Assembly (NCBI GenBank): GCA_963737065.1
Contig: CAVTRC010000001.1
Coordinates: 1,536,001-1,600,000, forward strand
DNA length: 64,000 nt
Direction of reading: 5' to 3'
Source: Candidatus Eremiobacteria bacterium
GTDB taxonomy: Bacteria; Vulcanimicrobiota; Vulcanimicrobiia; Vulcanimicrobiales; Vulcanimicrobiaceae
A program made the translations under genes and the position numbers. Position 1 is the stretch's first letter. Each line of letters starts with the position of its first letter. The notes beneath the pieces are model-generated. The model worked only from the letters and a program-made list of their open reading frames with translations. It was not told the origin of the DNA and did no database searches. Shown here piece after piece: positions 23,709-32,922 of this stretch.

Positions 23709-23743
23709 TTGACGCAGCGTACAGACTAGACTAAGCTTAGTCG
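23709..23743 (+). promoter_or_regulatory. Sigma70-type promoter with an operator palindrome for vapBC (leaderless)
   Basis: TTGACG(23709)-17 bp-TAAGCT(23732)-6 nt-ATG. A perfect 14-bp palindrome GACTAAGCTTAGTC (23729-23742) covers the -10. Confidence 0.75.
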
Positions 23744-23983
23744 ATGGAAATGGTGAACGTCCACGAGGCGAAAACGCACTTCTCCCGTCTGGTGGACAAG
23801 GCGGCCGCCGGTGAGGAAATCGTCATTGCAAAGGCCGGCAAACCCGTTGCCAAACTTGTGCCGCTCGATAAACCCGAAGGGAAGCGACAGCTCGGCCAGC
23901 TTGCTCATCTTGGAATAACTATACCGGACGACTTTGATGATCCGTTGCCTGATGACATTCTCGACGCATTTGAAGGTCGATGA
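23744..23983 (+). CDS. Phd/YefM-family antitoxin
   Basis: VNVHEAKTHFSRLVDKAAAGEEIVIAKAGKPVAKLVP...IPDDFDDPLP. Confidence 0.93.
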   Translation: MEMVNVHEAKTHFSRLVDKAAAGEEIVIAKAGKPVAKLVPLDKPEGKRQLGQLAHLGITIPDDFDDPLPDDILDAFEGR

Positions 23984-24366
23984 GGATTCTTCTTGACACG
24001 CATCTGCTGCTGTGGTCGCATATGAACGATCGAAGGCTTTCGCAGACGGTTCGCGAGCTGCTCGAATCTCGAGAAAACGACGTGTACTTCAGCGCCGCAA
24101 GTATTTGGGAAATTGCGATCAAAGCGCAGTTAAAGCGGCTGGAATCTACCGTCGACCCGCAGCAAATCGTACGTGCGGCCCTCGATAGCGATTTTGAAGA
24201 ACTGCCGGTAACCGCCAGCAGCGCAGTTTTAGTCAGCGCACTGCCGATGCATCACCGCGACCCGTTCGACCGCCTTTTGGTAGCTCAGGCGATGTCGGTG
24301 CCGCTTACCCTCATGACGGCAGACCCGCAGCTGCTGCAATATTCCGAACTGGTACGTCTCGTATAA
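23980..24366 (+). CDS. vapC: VapC PIN-domain toxin
   Basis: ILLDTHLLLW, SAASIWEIAIK, HRDPFDRLLVAQA. ATGA overlap with the antitoxin. Confidence 0.93.
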   Translation: MRILLDTHLLLWSHMNDRRLSQTVRELLESRENDVYFSAASIWEIAIKAQLKRLESTVDPQQIVRAALDSDFEELPVTASSAVLVSALPMHHRDPFDRLLVAQAMSVPLTLMTADPQLLQYSELVRLV

Positions 24367-24372
24367 AACAAG

Positions 24373-25452
24373 ATGGCGAAAAAGGTCGATAAGCGCGTCT
24401 TCGATGTGAGAGCTGCCGTCAGCGACGATCCCTCAACGTGGCGGCTCGTCGCGGTAAGTTCCGATGCAGTGCTTCCCGAGTTTTACCGCACGATCCAAGG
24501 CGCGTTCGAGTGGGTGTGGCCTACGTTTGCAAAGATGCTCGTTGGCGAAGCGATGTTCTTCGGCGGCAAAGGATCGCGCACGCCGCTGCGGCGCGTCTTC
24601 TCCATCGGCGATCGAGGAATGCTCTCGTTCGCCGATGACGACGGCGATACGATCGTCGTGCGTTTCGAAGTGTTGCGCGTCTACGAAGTTCCGTCTCGCC
24701 GCCATTACCCAAAGGTGTTGGACGGCGCGGGCATGTACCGGCCCAGCTACTCCGAGAAACAGTTTTGGTGCGACACGAGCACGTGGGTCGCCCAAGAGCT
24801 TGCGCGTTACGGATTCAGGGAGCAACGCCCGACTCGAGCGGCCGATTCGAAGCGCCACCTTTCGCGCGATGAATGCGACGAGCTGGAAGCGCTGATGCAA
24901 CGCCGCGATCCGGCGTGCTCCGGACCGATGCATGGTTCGATAACGTGCCTCCACGGTTTCCTCACGTGCGTGATTTCCGGGCCGCTCATTCTGCCGTCAG
25001 AATGGTTTCCCGTCGTGTTCGGTGACGAAAACAACGACGTGCCCTGGGAAACGATGCAGGAAGTCCAGCGCGCGACTTCGCTCGTCATGCAGTTCTACAA
25101 CGGCATTGTGGACGATCTGCGCAGCGACGACTTTCGCATCATCATGGATCCAATTGCCGATGGTCCCGAGGCGTTGGGCCGCGTCGAGAATTGGTGTCGC
25201 GGCTTTCTGGTCGGAACGGCGCTACGCGCCGACGAGTGGCAAAGCGCGATGCAAGATCAGTATCTGGACGCCCGCATGACGGCAATTATTGCGCTCGGCC
25301 GCCCTGATGCGCCGCCGGTTTTCGATCCCGTGAAGCACCCGCGCGAATACCAGGAAGCGCGCGAAGTTCTCCCGCAGTGCGCACTCGACATGTATCGTTG
25401 GTGGAGGCGTGCAACGCCGAAAGGTTCGCCTCCTCCGTTGCGCGCGGTGTGA
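24373..25452 (+). CDS. Fusion of a pRiA4b ORF-3-like domain and a UPF0149/YecA-like domain
   Basis: N-terminal WRLVAVSSDAVLPEFYRTIQGAFEW...YPKVLDG. C-terminal LHGFLTCVISGPLILPSEWFPVVFG...WCRGFLVG...W. Confidence 0.6.
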   Translation: MAKKVDKRVFDVRAAVSDDPSTWRLVAVSSDAVLPEFYRTIQGAFEWVWPTFAKMLVGEAMFFGGKGSRTPLRRVFSIGDRGMLSFADDDGDTIVVRFEVLRVYEVPSRRHYPKVLDGAGMYRPSYSEKQFWCDTSTWVAQELARYGFREQRPTRAADSKRHLSRDECDELEALMQRRDPACSGPMHGSITCLHGFLTCVISGPLILPSEWFPVVFGDENNDVPWETMQEVQRATSLVMQFYNGIVDDLRSDDFRIIMDPIADGPEALGRVENWCRGFLVGTALRADEWQSAMQDQYLDARMTAIIALGRPDAPPVFDPVKHPREYQEAREVLPQCALDMYRWWRRATPKGSPPPLRAV

Positions 25453-25532
25453 TTCTTCTCATTCGGCTTTAACCCGCCGTCGCCGCGCGCTCTCAAGCGC
25501 CGGCGGTACGATTCCACTCGGAGGAATCTAGA

Positions 25533-26265
25533 GTGGAATTCAAGGGTGACGACCCGGTCGTCAAAGTGAAGGACCTGCGCAAGGTCTACACGCTCGGTGA
25601 CGCGCAAGTCATTGCGCTTGCCGGCATCGATCTCGAGATTCATCGCGGCGAATTCGTCGCGGTGATGGGCCCATCGGGCTCGGGCAAGTCGACGTTCATG
25701 CAGATCAGCGGGCTGCTCGACAACCCGACGTCGGGACAGTATTGGTTCGAAGGCCAAGACGTCTCGCATCTCGATCGTGATGCGCGCGCCGACATCCGCA
25801 GCCGCCGGCTCGGCTTCGTCTTCCAAGCGTACAACTTGCTCTCGCGAACGACCGCGCTCGAGAACGTCGAGTTGCCGATGGTTTACGCGGGCGTGCCGGA
25901 AACGGAACGCAAGCGAATCGCGCTTGCCAAGATGGACGATCGTCGGCGTCGACCATCTCGCCGATCATGCGCCGAACCAAATGTCGGGCGGACAACAACA
26001 GCGCGTCGCGATCGCGCGATCGCTCGTGAACAATCCGGGACTCATTCTCGCGGACGAACCGACCGGCGCGCTCGACACGAAAACGTCGGAAGACGTCATG
26101 CGCATCTTCAAAGAATTAAACGAAGAAGAGGGCATCACGATCATGCTGGTCACGCACGAACCGGATATCGCGGCGCACGCGAAGCGGATCGTGACGTTCC
26201 GCGACGGCCGCATCGTGAGCGACCGCCCTTCGACAGCTCAGCGTGACAAGGGGGAAGCAGCATGA
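25533..26265 (+). CDS. ABC transporter ATP-binding protein (MacB/LolD-like), frameshifted
   Basis: [49 protein letters not shown]. Confidence 0.93.
26226..26248. repeat. REP-like palindromic repeat inside the 3' end of the ATPase CDS
   Basis: cccttcgacagctcagcgtgaca, read as PSTAQRD. Confidence 0.7.
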
Positions 26266-27483
26266 GCGACTTCAAAGGCATTTTCCGCCTCGCGCTTCAA
26301 GCGCTGCATGCGTAACAAGGCGCGTTCGATCATGACGATGCTCGGCATCGTCATCGGCGTCGCGGCCGTCATCGTAACGGTTGCGATCGGATCGGGTGCG
26401 CGTACCTCGGTGCAGAACAGCATCAATTCGCTCGGATCCAATTTGATCGTCGTGCAGCCGGGATCGCTGACGACGAGCGGTTCGCGCGGCGGCAACGGTA
26501 CCGCCTCGACGCTCACGCCGGCTGACGGTTTAGCGCTCGTGCATCTGCCCGGCGTCGCAGCCGTCTCGCCCAGCGTGACCGTTCGCGCGCAAGTCGTCGC
26601 CGACGGCAACAACTGGCAGACGCAAATCCAAGGCGTTGCGCCGACGTATCAAGCGATTCGTTCGTGGCCGATCGCGACCGGTGCGTTTTTCTCTCAATCC
26701 GACGTCGACAGTTCCGCAAAAGTGGCGGTGCTCGGGCAAACGGTGGTCCAGCAACTGTTTCCGAACGGCGCCAATCCGATCGGTCAAACGGTGATCGTTC
26801 GTAACGTTCCGTTCACCGTGGTCGGAACGCTCGCGCCACTCGGACAAAGCGGCATGGGCCAAGACCAAGACGACACCGTGCTGATTCCGTACACGTCCGC
26901 GATGCAGCGCCTGACGGGCCTCACGACGGTGAACTCGCTGATGGTCTCTGCAACCACGCCCGATGAAGTCGATCCGGTGCAAACCGAAGTGACGTCGATG
27001 CTCGAACAGCGCCATCGCATTCCGGCGGGACAACCCGACGACTTCCAAGTGCGTAATCTGCAATCGATCGCAGCCGCCGCATCGTCGACGGGCGCGGTGA
27101 TGGAGTTCTTACTCGCCGGCGTCGCAGCGGTCTCGCTGATCGTCGGCGGCATCGGCATCATGAACATCATGATGGTGTCGGTAACGGAACGCACGCGCGA
27201 AATTGGTTTGCGCATGTCGGTCGGTGCGCGCGCGCGGACGATCCTCAATCAGTTCCTGACGGAATCGGTCGTGCTCTCGTCGATCGGCGGCCTGATCGGC
27301 ATCGCATTCGGATTCGTCGGCACGTTCTTCGTCGCCGCGCTCGCAAAGTGGCCGACGCAAATCCCGGTCGGCTGGGTGATCGCATCCGTCGTCTTCTCCG
27401 GCCTCGTCGGCGTGTTCTTCGGCTACTACCCGGCGAAGAAAGCCGCCGATCTGAATCCTATCGAAGCGTTGCGCTTCGAATAG
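26262..27483 (+). CDS. ABC transporter permease (MacB/FtsX-like)
   Basis: [73 protein letters not shown]. The likely ATG at 26262 is separated from the rest by one indel. Confidence 0.93.
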
Positions 27484-27491
27484 GTTGGTCG

Positions 27492-27516
27492 CCCTCCGAC
27501 AAGTTCAGGGTGACAC
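27492..27516. repeat. REP-like palindromic repeat
   Basis: ccctccgacaagttcagggtgacac just after the permease stop. Confidence 0.7.
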
Positions 27517-27602
27517 GACGGAGTCCCGGCGCATTGATTCCTCCTGCGCCGGGGCTCGTTTTGTGCCATGCAGGTGACATTTCTCACGTCTACGATCGAG
27601 GC

Positions 27603-27770
27603 ATGAGCTTGTTTTTGATCGGCCTCGTCCTGTACGTGGGTGGAAAAGCGCTGTTGCAAGTACCGGCCGTAAAGCGATTTATGGAGAAGCCGTCATTGAT
27701 GGAGTTGTATCGCACGGGGAAAGTCACGTTTCACGACGGCAGGGCTCTCTACTGGCGCGATCCAGATTAA
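27603..27770 (+). CDS. Small hypothetical membrane protein (55 aa)
   Basis: MSLFLIGLVLYVGGKALL hydrophobic start, with TACGAT 6 nt upstream of the ATG. Confidence 0.5.
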   Translation: MSLFLIGLVLYVGGKALLQVPAVKRFMEKPSLMELYRTGKVTFHDGRALYWRDPD

Positions 27771-28208
27771 CTATGTCTTCGCAACCTTCTTCGGTCTGCC
27801 GCCTTTGCGGCCGTTTGCCCGTGATGCGGCCGCTTTCGCACGGCTCGTCTTGCCGTGAGCGCGCCGGCCGTGTCCGCGCGCAACAACGGGTCCCAGCTCT
27901 TCAGCAAGAAGTCCTGCGACGGAGATGTCCACGTCAAGCGAGCGGATCGAGATCCCGTCGCCTCCCGGTTGAACTTCGACGCGAGCAACGTCCGATGGCG
28001 AAGCATCCGCGATCTCGCGAATTTGCTTGCGTAGAAATGCGACGATCATCCCACTACGAAGCGTTAGAACGAGGCGATCGCTGCGGCGATCGTACTTTGC
28101 GTCTATCGCATCAGTCGGACGTTCCTTGTTTGTGGCCCGGCCGGCTTCGTACATTTCATCCGTTAGTTCAGGCAGCGGACGCTTCGGTCTGGAGGTCACT
28201 TTAGCCAT
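27771..28208 (-). CDS. DUF2442-domain putative antitoxin
   Basis: AKYDRRSDRLVLTLRSG...VEVQPGGDGISIRSLDVDISVAGLL...GKTSRAKAAASRANGRKGGRPKK. Confidence 0.85.
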   Translation of the reverse strand: MAKVTSRPKRPLPELTDEMYEAGRATNKERPTDAIDAKYDRRSDRLVLTLRSGMIVAFLRKQIREIADASPSDVARVEVQPGGDGISIRSLDVDISVAGLLAEELGPVVARGHGRRAHGKTSRAKAAASRANGRKGGRPKKVAKT

Positions 28209-28434
28209 TGCATTTATCCCGTAGATCAGCGAAGTAGTCGAAATATTTCGCAACGAGTTCTCGTGCGCGTCGTACGTCGGTCGAACGCATCTTCACATCA
28301 TATGGCAGTAGATTTTCATCGAGCATTATTTTGCACTTGCTCTTCCCGCGAATGACGTGAACATGCGGTTTGTGTCCGCGTTCGTCGCGTGTATTCACGA
28401 CGATTCGAAAGCCTTCTACTTCCTTACCGGGCAC
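28201..28434 (-). CDS. DUF4160-domain putative toxin (HicA-like)
   Basis: GFRIVVNTRDERGHKPHVHVIRG...KI, overlapping the DUF2442 gene. Confidence 0.8.
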   Translation of the reverse strand: MPGKEVEGFRIVVNTRDERGHKPHVHVIRGKSKCKIMLDENLLPYDVKMRSTDVRRARELVAKYFDYFADLRDKCNG

Positions 28435-28469
28435 ACAACGATATTAACCTAAGCGCCTTAGGTTTTCAA
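28435..28469 (-). promoter_or_regulatory. Sigma70-type promoter with an inverted-repeat operator for the DUF4160/DUF2442 pair (leaderless)
   Basis: Minus strand TTGAAA-17 bp-TAATAT-6 nt-GTG. Inverted repeat AACCTAAG-cgc-CTTAGGTT at 28446-28464. Confidence 0.75.
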
Positions 28470-28511
28470 TGGTACGGGAAGCGGGAAAAACCTTCGTCGC
28501 CGGGCGTGCAA

Positions 28512-30318
28512 TCACGTGCTGCTGCTTAAGTCCGGGCGTAAGGCGAGTTCGGGAGGCGGTTTGGGAAGATTGTCATCCGGATGCGTGGCGGCGTCGAACT
28601 GTTCCGTCAGCCGGCGGAGATCGCGCAGCAACGCTACGATGCGCTGTGCGGTGTCGCTTGTCACTTCGTACGCGCCGCGCGGTGGATCGTTCACCAACTG
28701 CGCCCACGCGCCCGGGTCGGGGTCGTAGCCTTCGTCGTATTCGTCGAGATACGCTTGCAGCGCACCGAGCAATGTCCGCAACCTCAGCCAGCGATGATTT
28801 TTCCAGTCCATCCGGCTTTTCGGCTGCTCTCCCGCGGCGTCCGCGAAGTGTGAAACGATCAGATAGCCCGCGGCCGCGCCGCGCGCGCGAAGGCGATCGA
28901 GAAGCGTTGGCGGCATGTCGAGATTCAAGCCGCCTTCATTTGCATCGAGCCACACGGTAACGATGCGATCGCGATAGCCCGGCAGCACGGCTTGCGTCGT
29001 GTCGACCCAGTTCTGCATCGTGTCGAGGATCGAACGTAGAAATCCCGTCATATTGCCGAACCGATTGAACTGACGCAGAATCCCCGACGCATTGCTGCTC
29101 GGCATCCACACGTTCTTCGCCGCATCCGAATCGACGTGCCGGTCGGGTGGAAACGCATCGAGGTTGATCGCAAACGTGGGCCACAGCGGCAGCGGCGTAT
29201 CGAACATCGCGACCGGGAAGTTGCTCGAAAGGCCGCCGTCGGTGAACCAGCACGGCTCGAGCGCCGGAAGCGCGTTCTCCGGCGCGTGATTTGCCTTCAA
29301 CCGGAAATCGACCAGGTGAAACGGCACGGCGCTGAAGAGCACCGGAAACGACAGGCTCATGCGCGTTGCGACGATGACCGGCATGTCGGCGATCGGCGGT
29401 AACGGGATAAAGCCGAGCTGCTCGCGCTTGCGGTGCCGCTCCGCCTCGGCTTCGTCGACCGGCGTGCGCCGGCAACGCATCATCCACTCGACGACGTGAG
29501 CGGGGAAGTATCGCGTCATCTCATCGGGGCGGAAATAGAACCGCGTCGTATCGAACGGGTACTTGAACGGACGCGCGAGCGTGATGCAGGTCGTTACGAC
29601 CTCGAGATTCACGTCGACATCCGGCGGCCGTTCCTTCAAACCACACGGTCCGGTCGTGGCGCGATCCCACAACATTCCGAACGTGAGCGGAGTCGCCGCA
29701 TCGTCAATCCCGGCCGCGATGCGAAGCTTCTCTTCGAGCCAAGACGTGAGCGCCGGCGAGCCGGAATTATCGTCGGCGATCCCGGTAACCAAGCCGTATC
29801 CGTTATCACGCGCGCCGCGCAGAAAATCATACGCGAATTGCGCGCCGGCCGCGCACACCGCGCCGCCGAACGCGAGCAACAGCGCCGGCGGAAGATCGAA
29901 CCATTGTCGCTTCGTTCGCACAAACAATGCCAGCGCGGGAAGCGCGCCGAGAATCGACGCTTGAGGATGCGCGCTCAACACGGACGCGATCTTTTCCGGC
30001 AGCGACTTGCGCGCAAACAACGCCGTGACGCGCATTGAACAATCCGGCGGTCTTGCGGTTTGGGTGAAAGAGCCGGAACAACAGATTGTCGTTCGCGAGT
30101 TCTTGCGGAAGCCCGGCGAGCACTTCGAAGCCGCGTTCCGTGCCTCGAAGGCGCCCGAGTTGCGCGGCGGCGGTGAGCGCGGCAGCGATCGCACCGGCCG
30201 AGGTGCCGCCGACGTTCTTGAACGAAAACGTGCGCGCGATTTCAACGATCGCGGGCGGATACACGACGCCGCTCGTGACGCCGCCCTTCATAACGATGTC
30301 GCAATACGCGGTCGGCAC
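28512..30318 (-). CDS. Patatin-like phospholipase family protein, frameshifted
   Basis: CDIVMKGGVTSGVVYP, GGTSAGA (GxSxG), RMSLSFPVLFSAVP, FTDGGLSSNFP. Confidence 0.85.
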
Positions 30319-30345
30319 AGTTCCGCAATCTTTCGCGCAGCGACG

Positions 30346-32763
30346 TTACATCGCTGCTAGGCGACTTCGGTGTTCTTTCGCGACTGCGATATCGACGGGC
30401 AATGTCACCGCGATGTGACTGCCCATGCCCGGCAGCCGTTCGACCTTCACATCACGCGCGAGCATCGAAATCAAAAACAAGCCGCGTCCGGATTCCGCCC
30501 ACACGTTTGCGGGCAGCGACGGCTCATAGTCGAAGCCCGGGCCCTTGTCGATCAGATGCAAAACGAGCACTTCGCCGCGCACCTCTAACGAGATGCTGAG
30601 TGAACCGGGTGCATGGCGCACGACGTTGCCGATCAGTTCGGCAAAAATCAATCCGCACGTCGCAAGATCGTCCTCCGAGGCGTCGCACAGGTTCTCCACG
30701 ATGCGCAAGTACTCGTGACGCAACGTATACACCGCGCGCGCGTCATCGGCTGCGAACTGCCAGGTGCGTTGCGCGCAGTTGAAATTGACCGCGAGAATCG
30801 CAATATCGTCGCGCGGATGCTGGTGCGCGATCGCGCGTTCGATGAACTCCGCCGGATTCGACGCGTGCAAAACCGCCCGCGTCGCGAGCACCCGCGCAAG
30901 CATCTCTTCGCCCGCCAAGATGTCTCGCGAAATCTCGATGACGCCGTCCGTATACAGAACGAGCACGCTGTCTTCCGGGCACATCATCTCGTGCTGTTCG
31001 AACGTTGTATTTGCGAATGCGCCCAGCGGCGGCGACGGCGATTCGAGACGTACGACCGTGCCGTCGGGACAACGAAGCAGCGGCGGCGCGTGCCCGGCCG
31101 ACGCGTAGCGCATCACGCGTGTCTTCGGTTCGATCACGCCGATGAACGAACTTGCGAGCCGATCGCCCTCGGCGATCAACAACTTGTTCGCAATCTGCGC
31201 GATCTGGTCGGGTTCGCGCGCGGTGAGCGCGGCAACGCGAATCGCTTGGCGCATCAGCACCATCAACCGCGCCGCTTCAATTCCTTTGCCGGTCACGTCG
31301 CCGATCGTTACGAGGACTTCGCCGCTTTCGGTTTCGAACGCATCGTACCAATCGCCGCCGATGTCGGCTTCCGTCGAACCAGGCCGATAGTGTGCGCTGA
31401 TCTCGAAGCCTTTGCCGGTCGGGAAGTGGCGCGGCAAGAACGCGCGCTGCAGCGTCTCCGCAACGTACTGTTCGCGGTGGAATTGCTTCGCGTTTGCAAC
31501 CGCGAGACCGGCGCGACGCCCAAGCTCGATCGCGAAGAGCAAGTCGGCTTGATCGAATTCGTCGTTGTTGCCCGTGCGCACGAACGTGAGGGCACCGAAA
31601 ATATGATTTTGCGCGATGACCGGCACGACGATCTTCGAGCGGTAGCCGAAGCGGCGCATGTATTCTTCGTGCTGACGCGACGCCGCGTGCGCGATGATGA
31701 TCTCGTCGTTGACATGCGGCAAGAAAAACGGCTCGCCGGTCTGCGTCACGCGCACGACCGGATGCACGCCGAACTCTTGGACGTAGAGCACGTTCGAAAT
31801 CGCGGAAAGTGCTTCTTCCTTCGACGGATCGCGGTGCGCCGACGCGGTAACGAAGAGCCGCTCGGAACGTTCGTCGATCAAATCGAAGAGGCAAATGTCC
31901 GCAAACGATTCGACCGCGAGCCGTGCAACGTTATTCAACGTCGCCGTAACATCGAGCGACTGGTGGAACATTTCGCCGGCGCGCACGAGCAATTCGAGAC
32001 GCTCTTGGTCGCGATTCTCGCTGCCTTCAAATGTTTTCAGGCCGTTCTCCTTAACGTACGCCTGCGCGCGCGGAATGATGTCGGCGGCATCCTCAGGCGC
32101 ATTCCTGCGCAGCCAGAGAAGCGTCGCTTCGCCTTCCGGCACCGAGCCCCATTCCATCGGCAGTCCGCCGTTTTGGAGGCCGTGCGCCGATACGCGTTCG
32201 AGCGCTTCGTGCAGTTCGCCGTCGCGCCCGAGCAGACGTGTGTGCGCACTCATCACGCCGTTGATGCTCTCGTCGTTGAACTCATCGCTAAAGATATCGA
32301 TCGGATATCCACACAGCAGCGTGAACGGCACGAGCGCCCGCAGCGCGTCCCACGCGCGTTCGAGTTCGATCGCGAGCCCGCGCTGCCCGTCGCGCCATAG
32401 GAGGCCGACGACCTCACCGTAGATGCGCACCGTGTGCTTGGCGGTCAGCCGCTCCAGCAACGGCTGCATGAACGAGATGAACGCCGCGAAATCGAGGCGT
32501 CCGTCGCGGATGAATTTCGCGCGCATCTCGTGCGCATCGAACGAGACGTAGCGGTTCTCGCGCGCGGCACCGCCGACATCGATGCGCCGGTGGTGTAAAC
32601 CCCGGCGGAAAAGCGTGGCATTGGCGTCGGAGGCAAGCACAACGACGGCCTCGCCTGCAGCAAGACCCTCACTAATATACGTCGTGACCTGCTGTGCAAG
32701 CGTACGGCGGTCATTGCCGTAGAGCACCACCGCATGGTCCACACTCGGGACATGAGTTTCCAT
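30346..32763 (-). CDS. MEDS-GAF-PP2C(SpoIIE)-HATPase partner-switching regulator
   Basis: MEDS (HAVVLY...VRIYGEVVGLLW...LLCGY), GAF, PP2C (IGGDWYD, IGDVTGKG, SAGHAPP, LYTDGVIE, DDIAIL), RsbW-like (ELIGNVVRHA, DKGPGF, ESGRGLFLI). Confidence 0.88.
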   Translation of the reverse strand: METHVPSVDHAVVLYGNDRRTLAQQVTTYISEGLAAGEAVVVLASDANATLFRRGLHHRRIDVGGAARENRYVSFDAHEMRAKFIRDGRLDFAAFISFMQPLLERLTAKHTVRIYGEVVGLLWRDGQRGLAIELERAWDALRALVPFTLLCGYPIDIFSDEFNDESINGVMSAHTRLLGRDGELHEALERVSAHGLQNGGLPMEWGSVPEGEATLLWLRRNAPEDAADIIPRAQAYVKENGLKTFEGSENRDQERLELLVRAGEMFHQSLDVTATLNNVARLAVESFADICLFDLIDERSERLFVTASAHRDPSKEEALSAISNVLYVQEFGVHPVVRVTQTGEPFFLPHVNDEIIIAHAASRQHEEYMRRFGYRSKIVVPVIAQNHIFGALTFVRTGNNDEFDQADLLFAIELGRRAGLAVANAKQFHREQYVAETLQRAFLPRHFPTGKGFEISAHYRPGSTEADIGGDWYDAFETESGEVLVTIGDVTGKGIEAARLMVLMRQAIRVAALTAREPDQIAQIANKLLIAEGDRLASSFIGVIEPKTRVMRYASAGHAPPLLRCPDGTVVRLESPSPPLGAFANTTFEQHEMMCPEDSVLVLYTDGVIEISRDILAGEEMLARVLATRAVLHASNPAEFIERAIAHQHPRDDIAILAVNFNCAQRTWQFAADDARAVYTLRHEYLRIVENLCDASEDDLATCGLIFAELIGNVVRHAPGSLSISLEVRGEVLVLHLIDKGPGFDYEPSLPANVWAESGRGLFLISMLARDVKVERLPGMGSHIAVTLPVDIAVAKEHRSRLAAM

Positions 32764-32922
32764 TTAGGTGCCCTGTTACTATACGCACCAACGCGGAATA
32801 TCTAACGTACTCGCTGTGGGAGCCTGTCAGGAAGATGACACCTCACTACGCCCGGAGCGGCCTTTCAAACGGCGGTAATCCGCTATGGTCATCGCCGGAG
32901 CACGGCCCTTACGATGGGAGCG

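Noticed and set aside
12564..27516. The 23-25 bp repeats as a CRISPR array
   Set aside because: The copies are dispersed over kilobases without regular spacers, and there are no cas genes.
28512..30318. Patatin as a CBASS effector
   Set aside because: No CD-NTase or other CBASS gene is nearby.
30613..32400. Long antisense or alternative-frame ORFs (e.g. 30613-32400, 12601-14013, 34230-35795) and the 48706 extension of the permease
   Set aside because: These are shadow ORFs expected in high-GC DNA opposite well-supported genes. They are Arg/Ala-rich and have no family motifs.
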